Shown: positions 8,202 to 18,158, counted from the stretch's first letter. The stretch is 32,625 nucleotides of DNA from a virus (IMGVR_UViG_3300028601_000019:132130-164754); one strand, 5' to 3'. Numbers and translations are program-made. The notes: a model not told the origin generated them from the letters alone.

Positions 8202-8481
8202 TTATTACCTCTTCATATGAAATATTATTAGAAACCATAAAGGAAATAAGTTCATAAATTTCTTTACCGAATCTCACAATAAGTTCATCAATAACAAAGT
8301 CATTCAATAAAATTCTTTTAAGATAAGAATCTGGATAATTCATAGTAGCAATGTTGTAATGAGAGTCAATATATTCATAGAAAAAATCATCAATTGGGGT
8401 CCAACAATCTTTACCACCTTCAAGTAGTGAATAAAGCTCTAATTGATTAGCTGTGACCACAACATCATTATAAGTAAACAT
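8188..8481 (-). CDS. hypothetical protein
   Basis: Operon packing; GGGGA SD. Confidence 0.7.
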   Translation of the reverse strand: MFTYNDVVVTANQLELYSLLEGGKDCWTPIDDFFYEYIDSHYNIATMNYPDSYLKRILLNDFVIDELIVRFGKEIYELISFMVSNNISYEEVINEKL

Positions 8482-8491
8482 AATACATCCC

Positions 8492-8722
8492 CTACTTTAT
8501 ACTGATAAAAATTAGAATAGAAAGAATAAGATAACCAATACTACGCATAACACCATAACTCTTAATCTTCTTGCCTTCAAGAAGAAGTTTTAACTTTTCA
8601 ATATCCTTATTCTTTCCTACTTCATGATCATACCAAAGAGAAATTCCAGCAACTAAACGAAGAGTAAAGAACGCCATCGCAACCCCAGTACCATATTTAA
8701 AAAACATAATATAATCAAACAT
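8492..8722 (-). CDS. small membrane protein
   Basis: Two hydrophobic segments; GGAGAGG SD. Confidence 0.65.
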   Translation of the reverse strand: MFDYIMFFKYGTGVAMAFFTLRLVAGISLWYDHEVGKNKDIEKLKLLLEGKKIKSYGVMRSIGYLILSILIFISIK

Positions 8723-8967
8723 TTACCTCTCCTGTGGGGCAAGCTGAATGTCAATGTTGGCTGGTATAATTTATTGGTCAATCATCTCATAGAAAAACTT
8801 CTCACGGGCTTCACCATAAGATTTGGCAATAATTACTGTAGTCCGCCGCCGCGCTTCAGCAGTATCCCAATACCACACATCATATTCACTTTTCATTTTA
8901 ATATCCTCTTGGTTAAATTGTTTGATAGAGTTATGATATTAAAAAATTTAGCGATTGTAAACAAAAA

Positions 8968-11520
8968 TTAAAAGAAAAAATTTAAAGTTTCTGTGTTAAG
9001 ATCTAATAGTGAAAGTTTGTCACATGGTTCTAGCAGCATACTAATCTTTTTAATGAAGAATTTTTCAATCATCTTTTCAACATCTGGCTGAACACATTTT
9101 AGCTCTTTTGGATATTTGGATGAGTAAGTAAGAGTTTCAAAGCCATAAGAGTTTTGAAGCAGATAAATGACTTTTGCTTTTTCTCCTTCAATGATGTCCT
9201 GGTATTTGTCCTGTAATCCAAACTTGTTAATGAGAACATGATGGGCATATACGCCCTTTACATGCCATGGTGCACCCTTTAAAGGACCATCCTTTCCAAT
9301 GTATTTGTTAATATTATTGACACCAATATTTGCTGAAATATCTTCAATTGGAAGATCTCTAATAGCTTTTTTATATTCAATAATTTTAGCTCTAATGACA
9401 GAATCTTCCTCATTTTTAAGAATACATGTCATGACATCTTTTAACATTGCTTTGATTGGTTTTGATGTTTCGGATCTAATAATATCTAGACCTGTTACCT
9501 TAACCTTATCAACAGTCTTTCCTTCTTCATTAATGATCCAACAACCATATTTTTTCTTTTGAACCAATAAAATGGATGGACATACAATCTCTTGTTTCCA
9601 GTTAATTGTATAATCTTTTTCTTGAGAAGCAAAATGATGATTTTGAATTATATTAAAAGAGTACTCATTGATGACACTTTCAATCTCTTTACATAACTTA
9701 AGAATAAAATTTACTTTTTCTTTGTTTGATTGCAACGAATTAAATTTGCTCTGTAATTTTGAACAACTATTAATATATTTTCCAATTCCCAGAAACATAG
9801 AGTCAGTATCTTGATATAATACAAAATCTAAATTTTCAGTTGTTTCCTTATTAAGATAGTCATTAATATATGTTGCGCTGTTTTTTAAAATATGTCTGCC
9901 ACATGATGTAATAGCTTCAGCAATTCTTAGATTATATAATCTAAAATATGGTGTAGAAATAGCGCCATATAAGCTGTTAAGTATACCAACTTTAATGGCT
10001 AACTGAGTAGTTTCAAGTTCTGCAATTCTATTTTTATCTCCATCTTCTTTTTTTAATTGCAGCATTTTATCTTTTGTATCTTTTCTCATTTTAAAAAAGA
10101 TTTTTTCAATAATAGTTACAACACCAGGCTTTGTATTTTTAAATATAGATCCATTCGGGGCAATAGAAAAGGTTCCTTTTTGCAATAATGTATTAAAAAT
10201 CTTTAGTTCTTTTCCTTCTAATGTTTTAACTTCTTTATCAGGATTCTCTAATGAAATCTTTGGAAATTCTCTTTTAGATGTATATTCAATAACTTCATGC
10301 TCAGGAAGATTAACAATGCACCCAAAATAAGTCTCTGGACTCATATTTAAAGTTATCATATTATGTGGATACATTGAAGTAACGTCAAAATCAACTACCC
10401 ATTCATGTAGTCCTCGCTGAGGTTCTTTAACAAATGCTGCTTCAAACCATTCTGTTTTGCCGCCCTTAAGCTTAGGAGCACAAAGATTATTTCTTCTATA
10501 ATATGTTAAGAAAATGCCCTCAAGTACATTGGTAACTTTATCATAGAATTTCATTGGACATCTTGAAATCATACTAATGGTTTGAATAAGGTATAAGTAT
10601 TTTAGTTTTTGTTCTAGTTTATAAATAAGTTTGACGTCCTGAATATTATAATCGATATACGTCTCCCAATCATTTTCATAAAGCTGTTTTAACGTGCCAT
10701 CATATTCTAATTTTCTTTCTTTAAGCTCATTAAAAGCAATTTCATCAAGTTTATATGATTCAGGATTGGATCTTGTATATCCTTTATAGATCTGCATATA
10801 ATCAAGAACAGAAATTCCAGCAAAGTCAAAGTTTAGTCCAGTATCATCTTTCTTTTCCCAAACTGAATACTCCATAATTGGAGAAAACTTTTTAAAAATT
10901 TTATTATTTTCACCAAAAAGCTTTTTACATCTATAATAGAGATATGGAATATCAAATCCTGAAATATTCCACCCTGTTAAAATATCAATATCTGCTTGAG
11001 AATACATGTAGTTGAAAAATTCTGTTAATAAAATTTCTTCTGTTGAGCAATACACAAAATTCTTTCTATGTTTGCCAATATATGGTTTAATACCCCAGGT
11101 TTTACATGACCCATTAACATCAAGTGAAATAGCTGTTACAATACCTTCTGCTTCTTCAGGAATCGGAAACCCAGATTCAATATGACACTCAATGTCAAAA
11201 CTACCAATTCTAAGATCTGGTCTATATAAAGAATCATCTGGAATTCCATGATATCTTTCAGCAAGAAACTGAAGTTCTGGTTTTACATGATCCTCGTATT
11301 TTTTGATAGATTTTTCTTCATTAAATGTTTTGTACTTTTGATAATTTTGAAATTCAAGTTTCTTAACAGGAACATCATCAATACTTCTAATAACGCCTTC
11401 TTTATCTGGAACAAAAATATGGGGAACCCAATCAATCTCTGTTGATGTGCGTTCCCCATTTATTGTTTCCCAAAGGGTAATTTTGCTTGCTCTATAATCG
11501 AAATGAACATTTCTAAACAT
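8968..11520 (-). CDS. gp43: family B DNA polymerase (T4 gp43-like)
   Basis: ExoI FDIE, ExoII GWNISGFDIPY, ExoIII YNIQDV, motif A DFDVTSMYP, motif B KVGILNSLYG, motif C YQDTDS, KKKY. Confidence 0.95.
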   Translation of the reverse strand: MFRNVHFDYRASKITLWETINGERTSTEIDWVPHIFVPDKEGVIRSIDDVPVKKLEFQNYQKYKTFNEEKSIKKYEDHVKPELQFLAERYHGIPDDSLYRPDLRIGSFDIECHIESGFPIPEEAEGIVTAISLDVNGSCKTWGIKPYIGKHRKNFVYCSTEEILLTEFFNYMYSQADIDILTGWNISGFDIPYLYYRCKKLFGENNKIFKKFSPIMEYSVWEKKDDTGLNFDFAGISVLDYMQIYKGYTRSNPESYKLDEIAFNELKERKLEYDGTLKQLYENDWETYIDYNIQDVKLIYKLEQKLKYLYLIQTISMISRCPMKFYDKVTNVLEGIFLTYYRRNNLCAPKLKGGKTEWFEAAFVKEPQRGLHEWVVDFDVTSMYPHNMITLNMSPETYFGCIVNLPEHEVIEYTSKREFPKISLENPDKEVKTLEGKELKIFNTLLQKGTFSIAPNGSIFKNTKPGVVTIIEKIFFKMRKDTKDKMLQLKKEDGDKNRIAELETTQLAIKVGILNSLYGAISTPYFRLYNLRIAEAITSCGRHILKNSATYINDYLNKETTENLDFVLYQDTDSMFLGIGKYINSCSKLQSKFNSLQSNKEKVNFILKLCKEIESVINEYSFNIIQNHHFASQEKDYTINWKQEIVCPSILLVQKKKYGCWIINEEGKTVDKVKVTGLDIIRSETSKPIKAMLKDVMTCILKNEEDSVIRAKIIEYKKAIRDLPIEDISANIGVNNINKYIGKDGPLKGAPWHVKGVYAHHVLINKFGLQDKYQDIIEGEKAKVIYLLQNSYGFETLTYSSKYPKELKCVQPDVEKMIEKFFIKKISMLLEPCDKLSLLDLNTETLNFFF

Positions 11521-11543
11521 TTTAACCTCTTAAATAAAAATAA

Positions 11544-11590
11544 AAATAACATAGATGAGTTATTATGTAAACAATTCATCTATGTTATTT
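11544..11590 (-). promoter_or_regulatory. long hairpin (terminator-like) overlapping a probable polymerase promoter
   Basis: About 18-bp inverted repeat AAATAACATAGATGAGTT / AATTCATCTATGTTATTT; GTTTACA in the loop, then N17 and TATTTT. Confidence 0.55.
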
Positions 11591-11596
11591 AATTTA

Positions 11597-12274
11597 TTAG
11601 TTATTTTGTACTATATCTAGTTCTTCTACAGTATTAAATGACCGGGCCTTTTCAAAGTCAATCTCAATGATATTACCATCAATAAGATGATAATTAAAAA
11701 TGTCAAGAAAACTAAGTTCTTGACCTTTCTCATATTTAAAACGAGTAACCTTAATAAGTTTCTTTAGTGCAGACACAACATCTCGTTTCTTAAAAAGAAA
11801 TAATGACATATCATGATAACCAAGACCAGACGTATCATCGCCCAATTTTGAAAACAGAATAGAAGTAATTTTTTTATCTTGTGTCTCAATTTTAACATAT
11901 GGATCTTCTTCAACAACTACTGGCATTAAAAAGGATCCATCATAATTTTCTAAACAGGTTTCAATTACTTTAGATGACTGTATTGAGTCTCCCCAAGAAA
12001 GGAAAATTGTATCTGAACCTTTAATAGGAAGCTCAAGTAATGATGTTAAAGTTGCTTCACCACAACCATAGCCAGACTTAATTGGTACAATTTCAAAATG
12101 GGGATTCTTAAACTTGGAAAAGAAAACAACATTTGAAAAAGAACACATTACAAAAATCTTATCAACCTTTCCCTTGTATGCATTGATGTTTTCATTTAGT
12201 GCATAGATACCTTTTGGAATGTTTGATTTGAATCGTGTTTGATTTCCAGCGGCCAAAATAATAGCATATTTCAT
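11597..12274 (-). CDS. sugar-phosphate nucleotidyltransferase (NTP_transferase, GT-A fold)
   Basis: AIILAAGNQTRF...PK, LSWGD, SFNTVEEL. Confidence 0.85.
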   Translation of the reverse strand: MKYAIILAAGNQTRFKSNIPKGIYALNENINAYKGKVDKIFVMCSFSNVVFFSKFKNPHFEIVPIKSGYGCGEATLTSLLELPIKGSDTIFLSWGDSIQSSKVIETCLENYDGSFLMPVVVEEDPYVKIETQDKKITSILFSKLGDDTSGLGYHDMSLFLFKKRDVVSALKKLIKVTRFKYEKGQELSFLDIFNYHLIDGNIIEIDFEKARSFNTVEELDIVQNN

Positions 12275-13986
12275 TAATAACCACCATTAAGTAATTTAAG
12301 AATTAAATTTGTTTCTTTAATAGAGTCCACATTAACTACTGTATCGCATTGCTTTGAAATTCCTGCATCATTTCCAGATTCACATTCATCACCAATATAT
12401 AAACACTTTCTAAAACTATATTGATCTAAAATGAACTTCTTACATGCATTTTTCGGTGTTATATCTATGCTGGTTGTTCCTGTAACTGTAGCAATACAGT
12501 TAATATCATTATTAAAAAAATACACATTAAGGTGCTTAGCAAATTCCTTGCGATATGTATCACTCAACGGTTTAATATTCACACATGTAATAATATCTCC
12601 AGTTCCTCTTTCAGTAAGTTTGTCACCAAGCCCATGCATTCTTAGATATGCTTTAATTTTAATTAAATTTTCAAGAGAAATACTCATAATATGATTGTAG
12701 TATAAATCATCCTTATAACATATAAGACCACCATCTGCCCAAATATCTATATTTTTATGTTTGCCAAATCTATTTCTAATGTGACTATACTTATTTCCTG
12801 ATGTAATAACAACCTTTTTGTGTTTAGATAGACGTTTAACCAATTCAGCATTTTCAAGAGAAATAAAATTTAAATAATAATCATGTTTTCTTGAATAAAT
12901 TGTATCATCAAAATCCATAAAAACAATATCTTGATCTTTAAGATTATAATAAAGTGAGTAAATTGCAGTAGCTAATAATTCAGGATTATGTTTGCCCTTA
13001 TTATTTCCCATAGTATAAAATACACTAGAATCTTTATATGATGGGTTTACAATTCTCATAGAAATATTAGCATCATTGTTAAAGAGAAAGATTGCATTAT
13101 TTAAATCAACATATTTAGATACTGTTTTAATAATATCTGCACTATTGATTCCTTTCATATCTTTATCTTCTTCATTATTAACTACAAAAATTTTCTTTCC
13201 TGTATACTCTGCAACGATGTTCTGAAATTCTGTATTTTTATATGTTGGAATTAGTGAGCTCCATTGGGTACCGGAACTAAAAATAAGAAGATCTGTTTTT
13301 TCTAAAATAAGCTCTTTGACTTTTGGATTGAGGAAATAATAATGACTTTGTGTACACTCAAGATCAATATTGTAGAAGAATACATCTTTAATTTCAATTT
13401 CTTGGTTATTTAAATCTACAATTGATCCTTCATCCATAAGTATATTCTTTGTTGTATGAGCTCTAAGTACAAGATTCTCAAATGAATTTATAACAATATT
13501 ATCTTTTAAATTTAAAAATTTTCTAAAAAATTCTGCCGCTCTCTCTTCCTTATTTGGATAATTCTCGTAATAAAGGAAGACGCCTCCATATACAATGTTA
13601 GCAATGGAAAAATCCTTAAATTCAAAATTCTTTGGAACTCTTTCAAAAAATAATTCTATAGCATTATTAAAAATAGAAAGATTCCATTCTAAAAGAATGT
13701 TCTTTACACATTCTTTAGGATTATCTTTTGGAATGTCAAATCTCTTTTCATAAAAATCAAGAATATTTTGATCATGAACATTTTTATTTGTTAAATACTG
13801 CACATAATGATTCTTGCGAAGATCAGATGGTCCCAAACAAGTACAAATTTTTCTTACATCGCCAGTACTTTTTCCATCATCATACATGTTTATAAGATTG
13901 GTAATCTTGCAATCAGGATAAAGAGACTTAAGCCCCAATTGCAATTGAACTGATCCAGATCCACCAGACAAAATAGTTATATTCAT
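12274..13986 (-). CDS. CofD/YvcK (UPF0052)-like domain fused to a HAD-IIB phosphatase/phosphomutase domain
   Basis: N-terminal LSGGSGS, DDGKSTG..R, PSDLRK, SGTQWSSLIP; C-terminal FMDFDDTI, ITSG, GTTSIDITP...K, YIGDECESGND. Confidence 0.85.
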   Translation of the reverse strand: MNITILSGGSGSVQLQLGLKSLYPDCKITNLINMYDDGKSTGDVRKICTCLGPSDLRKNHYVQYLTNKNVHDQNILDFYEKRFDIPKDNPKECVKNILLEWNLSIFNNAIELFFERVPKNFEFKDFSIANIVYGGVFLYYENYPNKEERAAEFFRKFLNLKDNIVINSFENLVLRAHTTKNILMDEGSIVDLNNQEIEIKDVFFYNIDLECTQSHYYFLNPKVKELILEKTDLLIFSSGTQWSSLIPTYKNTEFQNIVAEYTGKKIFVVNNEEDKDMKGINSADIIKTVSKYVDLNNAIFLFNNDANISMRIVNPSYKDSSVFYTMGNNKGKHNPELLATAIYSLYYNLKDQDIVFMDFDDTIYSRKHDYYLNFISLENAELVKRLSKHKKVVITSGNKYSHIRNRFGKHKNIDIWADGGLICYKDDLYYNHIMSISLENLIKIKAYLRMHGLGDKLTERGTGDIITCVNIKPLSDTYRKEFAKHLNVYFFNNDINCIATVTGTTSIDITPKNACKKFILDQYSFRKCLYIGDECESGNDAGISKQCDTVVNVDSIKETNLILKLLNGGY

Positions 13987-13995
13987 ATCTTCTCC

Positions 13996-15108
13996 TTAAA
14001 AATTTTCTTCTATAATTTTTCTAAAATCTTTACAATATTGATTTATATCTATCATAACATCTGTATATTGTAAACTTTGAATGAGAGCAATATGTTTAGG
14101 ATTCTCTCTAAGAAATCTAATTTTTTTAATGACATCGTCACGTGAAGAAACATAACAAAATTTTCTAAGCGTTTCATTAGTAAATACTCGTTTACTTTTG
14201 TCATAAGAATCATCTATAAAGGTCACATTACCACATAATATAGATTCATATGTCCTTTGCGCTAAATCATCAACCTGCTTATACAGGGCGTCACCGATAA
14301 TAACTGTAGACAACCCGGACTTCATCTCTTGATTGAAATTTTCATATGGGATAGCTTTTCCAAACATAGGCATATTCAATCCTTGTTTATTTTTCTTGAA
14401 GTGTTTTTCTTCAATTTTGCCAAACATATTTACTTTAATATCTTCAGGATAGCCAAAATAAAATTTTATCATATCTTCTTCACGTCTACCTGATCTGAAA
14501 GTTCCGCCATAGATAATATCCCAAGAACATTCTTCAGGATTGAGAAAATCTTTTTTCATGGTAACTAAAGGAAATTTTTCAAATGGAAAATGAATAACAT
14601 CTTTAATTTGAATTTTACTCTTTTTGACATGTTCTTTATATTTTACAACATCTTTAGGCTGGCATATATAGATAATATCATCTCTTTGAATTAAAACATC
14701 TTCTTTTGTATAGGTATCTTTCCATTCTTTCTTTTCAATTGATGGCCACACCTGAGTTAATGTAAGATTGGGATCACAAAGAATATAGAAGACCTTACCT
14801 TTAAAATTATTAATGACCTCATAAATTTTTGTATCTGAGGGAGAATCTTGACCACCAAAATAATTTGCATTACCATTTAAAACCAAAAGACAATCATAAT
14901 CTTCACTTTTAACTTCTTCCTTCAAAATATCCTTAATTTGAAAATCCGCAGGCACCTCATCTTTGTCCAATATTTTTGTAAATGCAGTAACATTAATTCC
15001 CGCAGTCGTAAGAAGTTTAATAATAGCAAGAGTCTCGCCATTACCACCAGAAGTAGATCGCGAATTAACACAGATTCTTGATCCTAATTTTAAAACACAC
15101 ACATTCAT
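13996..15108 (-). CDS. T4 beta-glucosyltransferase-like DNA glycosyltransferase
   Basis: NGNANYFGG, DIIYGGTFRSGRRE, IIGD..Y, RTYE, FID..YD match T4 BGT motifs as recalled (INFFGG, YGGSFRSGQRE, IIGDKNY, RVWE, LIDEEFD). Confidence 0.88.
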   Translation of the reverse strand: MNVCVLKLGSRICVNSRSTSGGNGETLAIIKLLTTAGINVTAFTKILDKDEVPADFQIKDILKEEVKSEDYDCLLVLNGNANYFGGQDSPSDTKIYEVINNFKGKVFYILCDPNLTLTQVWPSIEKKEWKDTYTKEDVLIQRDDIIYICQPKDVVKYKEHVKKSKIQIKDVIHFPFEKFPLVTMKKDFLNPEECSWDIIYGGTFRSGRREEDMIKFYFGYPEDIKVNMFGKIEEKHFKKNKQGLNMPMFGKAIPYENFNQEMKSGLSTVIIGDALYKQVDDLAQRTYESILCGNVTFIDDSYDKSKRVFTNETLRKFCYVSSRDDVIKKIRFLRENPKHIALIQSLQYTDVMIDINQYCKDFRKIIEENF

Positions 15109-15159
15109 ATAAGGTCTCCGTTTGGTTATTTGGGATTATTTATGCCGGAAAGTTTGTAT

Positions 15160-15205
15160 AAAAAAGCTCCGTTAACTAAAAATAAATTATAGTTAGCGGA
15201 GCTTT
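15160..15205 (-). terminator. intrinsic terminator
   Basis: AAAGCTCCGCTAACTA / TAGTTAACGGAGCTTTTTT on the minus strand. Confidence 0.7.
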
Positions 15206-15229
15206 AATTGTAAACAAATAAGAAGTTTT

Positions 15230-15535
15230 TTATTTCTTCCATGCCCACATGTGAGCTTGTGAGGGCAATGCTTTTTCATTCTTTACAACTGAACACCAGG
15301 CTTTTCGAACATCCATTCTCAAAGGAAGAACTCTTTTTGTGAGTCCCATCTTATCAAGATTCTTCTTGATCTCTTTGAATTCATCATAAGAAATCTTAAA
15401 TTCTTCCTTCAACTTTTCTTCCTTGAACTCATATTCAAAACATTTTTTGTAGTATCTTGGTTCAAATCCAATGATGATCGCCAAAGCAGCAAATTCCTTA
15501 GTTGAAAGAGATTCTATTTTTTCCTGGATAATCAT
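15230..15535 (-). CDS. hypothetical basic protein
   Basis: GGAG SD favours ATG 15535 (MIIQEK) over the longer tracked start. Confidence 0.65.
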   Translation of the reverse strand: MIIQEKIESLSTKEFAALAIIIGFEPRYYKKCFEYEFKEEKLKEEFKISYDEFKEIKKNLDKMGLTKRVLPLRMDVRKAWCSVVKNEKALPSQAHMWAWKK

Positions 15536-15610
15536 GATATTCTCCAAAGTTTTAATGTTTTCCGTTAAGAATAGATTAATAAAAACTCTGGAGAATGTAA
15601 ACAATTATTT

Positions 15611-16816
15611 TTATCTACCAGATCTAATATCGTGCAATTTACCTTTGCGAACTTTTGCACATTCAGCCTCAAGTCTTTTAAGGTCCTTTCGAACTTCTGG
15701 ATCTAAGTTTTTAGTAATAGGAACAAACATCATGAGCTTCTTTTCAAAATCAAAAATTAAATCACTGATGAAGTTGTATGGATCTGATTCTACCTCATTA
15801 ATCTGTTCCAGTTCAGACTCATTCATAACAATTAAAGATTTTGTGGATGTATCAATTTTCCAAAGATTATTATCTCTGCTTAAACGATTAGTTTTCGAAT
15901 CTACAGAAAATCCATTATCTGTATACCACTTCTTCCATTTTTTCGGATCGTGTCCTAAAGAAGCTCTATAAACATCTGCTGGAATATCGATAGATTTTGT
16001 TGCTTCATCTAAATCTTCCAGTTCAGACTCATCAAAATCTTCATTCATAACTTGATGGATTTCATAATCACCAGCTTCATCAGTATCCTGCCATTTATCA
16101 AAGGCGTCCATATTCCGGAACTTTTTTGTAAAGGGCTTAGACTTCATTCCTTTAACACCCTTAACAACAATTTTCTTCTTAGGATCAAGATCCTTTTCAT
16201 AAGAAGATTCAGTAAGTGCTTTAGGATTTTTCTTAAGATATTCTTCTAGCCATTCAGCAATTTCTGATGCCATCATATCTTTGCCGCCAGGAACAGCAAT
16301 TCTATTTTTGTCGCCGTCTTCTTTATCAATCATAACAAAAACATTATTGCCAACCTTTTCTATTTTTGCAATAGATTTACCATTAATGGAAAGTGCGCCT
16401 TGAAGACCAGTCTTGACTTTGAATCCTTCATCAAGATCTTCTTTTAAAAATCCGCCCTTATCAAGATGAAATTCGCCTTTAATGTTTCCTTGCTTATCTT
16501 TAGCATTCCATAGTTTGTTAGATTCACCTTCAGAATCTGTTGCTGGCTTAATAATTAGTCCCATTGTCTTTGCTTGTTTTTCCCATGAAGATTTATCCTT
16601 CTTGGTAAATTTAAGTCCAGTAGCCTCGTCAAGATCTTCCGTGATGTAAATTGTCATTCTTTTATTAGTCTTTAGATCTCTAACCATAGCATGTTTTCCT
16701 ACTTTAAGATCTTGTTCTGCTTCCCAATAACCATCCTTAATTTTTTTTTCTACTTTCTTAAGAGTCATTTCTTTTGTCTCGTTAACAAAGGCTTCAATTT
16801 TATCTACAATACTCAT
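15611..16816 (-). CDS. modular Lys/Glu-rich protein, probable head-internal polyprotein
   Basis: Short modules separated by FVNE, ITEDLDE, LKEDLDE, LTE, MNEDFDESELEDLDE, MNESELEQINE; internal DNA repeats. Confidence 0.6.
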   Translation of the reverse strand: MSIVDKIEAFVNETKEMTLKKVEKKIKDGYWEAEQDLKVGKHAMVRDLKTNKRMTIYITEDLDEATGLKFTKKDKSSWEKQAKTMGLIIKPATDSEGESNKLWNAKDKQGNIKGEFHLDKGGFLKEDLDEGFKVKTGLQGALSINGKSIAKIEKVGNNVFVMIDKEDGDKNRIAVPGGKDMMASEIAEWLEEYLKKNPKALTESSYEKDLDPKKKIVVKGVKGMKSKPFTKKFRNMDAFDKWQDTDEAGDYEIHQVMNEDFDESELEDLDEATKSIDIPADVYRASLGHDPKKWKKWYTDNGFSVDSKTNRLSRDNNLWKIDTSTKSLIVMNESELEQINEVESDPYNFISDLIFDFEKKLMMFVPITKNLDPEVRKDLKRLEAECAKVRKGKLHDIRSGR

Positions 16817-16825
16817 TTTATCTCC

Positions 16826-17080
16826 TTATTTAGAATCCTTATAATTTCCGGTTTTAATAAATTTATCTTTTGCTTTTTCTGCATCATCAAGAGTTTTATG
16901 TTTAGAAATTTCAATGCTCTTTTTCGTCCTGACTCCACCCTTCTTATCTGGTCTAAGAACTACAGTATACTTACCATCATCGCCATCATTTTTAGAAGGA
17001 TTGATTAAAATTCCTACTTCACCATCTTCAGGAAGTTTCTTTTCATCCAAATATTCATCAATCTTTTCAATCAATTTCAT
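16826..17080 (-). CDS. small basic protein, probable head-internal protein
   Basis: N-terminal MKLIEKIDEYLDE leader resembles that of the 401-aa neighbour. Confidence 0.6.
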   Translation of the reverse strand: MKLIEKIDEYLDEKKLPEDGEVGILINPSKNDGDDGKYTVVLRPDKKGGVRTKKSIEISKHKTLDDAEKAKDKFIKTGNYKDSK

Positions 17081-17326
17081 CTACTTTACCTTCCTTAATA
17101 TAGTTTCTCCCCCATTTTCTGTGCGGACATAGAATGGTCGATTAATTTGGCTATTTCTAGCATACTGATAAACGGAGGAATCCTCAGGAGCAGAAATCTT
17201 TCGTCTATCTTCTTTAGCTGTTGCTCATGTGTTATAATCCACGTCAAATACAGGAAAACTATCTGTCCCATATTCAACCGTATCATCAGCAAAAACACCA
17301 CTTACATCTGTTTCAATATTACTCAT
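17081..17326 (-). CDS. hypothetical protein (81 aa) with one in-frame TGA
   Basis: MSNIETDV...FPVFDVDYNT*ATAKEDRRK...ILRKVK; exactly fills the gap between neighbours; TGA at 17225-17227. Confidence 0.7.
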
Positions 17327-17621
17327 CTTTTATTTCCCCTTTTATATCTACCAAACTGTCAGACACACTTTGACCTTTAAAAACTTTCTTTACGAAATTG
17401 TACTTGTTTCTTGACAAGATAGGAGAAGCAAGTTTGTATCTCTTTAATTCTCCTAACACATTTCTACTCTGTAGTAAATCTAAAATTTTCTCCCTGTCCT
17501 CGGAAAGTTTCAAATATTCACTAGACTCTTCATCTGTTGATTTTCGTCTTTCTTCAAGTCTTTCCAAAAGATAAAGAACGGCGAAATCAAAAAATTCATT
17601 TAAATCTGTTCTAATCTTCAT
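17319..17621 (-). CDS. hypothetical protein
   Basis: AAGGA SD; overlaps both neighbours. Confidence 0.7.
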   Translation of the reverse strand: MKIRTDLNEFFDFAVLYLLERLEERRKSTDEESSEYLKLSEDREKILDLLQSRNVLGELKRYKLASPILSRNKYNFVKKVFKGQSVSDSLVDIKGEIKDE

Positions 17622-18084
17622 TATTTATTCCTTTAAGGTTATTCAACACTTCTCTCAAAATTTTTGTTTCTTCTGGTTTTACCCAATTTCTGTAGATTTT
17701 ACTTCTAATATTTTGATTTAATCAATCATCAGATTCAAGGACCCCTAAAGAATATAAAAAAAATTCTTCGGCGTAGGCGAGCATTCCTTTACTTGAAACA
17801 AATCCTAAAATTTCCTTTGTAAAATCAGAAGGGCCGCCAGCAGCCCTAATTCATTCTTTAATTTGGGGAGAACTAGATCAATATGTTAATCAATCACTAG
17901 CAGTTCTAATTTTTTTCTTCTTTCCCTTTACTACTTTAGATGAAGCTTTAGTTAAAAGTTTTCTGCCAATATATCTTTTGCCAGTAGATTTTTGAGTTAT
18001 TATATAAACAAATCCTATTGCATTATCAATAGGAATATCATCTTCAGATAGAATTTCTTTACCTTTGAAAGTTCAGTTGCTCAT
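17611..18084 (-). CDS. GIY-YIG family nuclease (157 aa) with five in-frame TGA codons; missed by the ORF track
   Basis: MSN*TFKG...GFVYIITQKSTGKRYIGRK...SD*LTY*SSS...KE*IR...DD*LNQNI; AAGGA SD; TATAAATA at 18115-18122. Confidence 0.88.
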
Positions 18085-18123
18085 TTCTTTTCCTTAAAAC
18101 AATTTGTTATAAACTATTTATAG

Positions 18124-18150
18124 AAAAAGAAACGGGAGCATTTAGCTCCC
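18124..18150 (-). terminator. intrinsic terminator after hsp20
   Basis: GGGAGC / GCTCCC stem followed by a U-rich tail. Confidence 0.6.
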
Positions 18151-18158
18151 CTATTTTT

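Noticed and set aside
17095-17301. Tracked 68-aa minus-strand ORF
   Set aside because: The 17081-17326 frame has a proper ATG and SD and fills the gap exactly when TGA is read as Trp.
17611-18084. TGA codons as pseudogene lesions, selenocysteine or Gly (code 25)
   Set aside because: They recur at Trp-type motif positions across unrelated genes, including essential gp32 and endolysin, not at Cys or Gly positions, and TGA never ends a credible gene.
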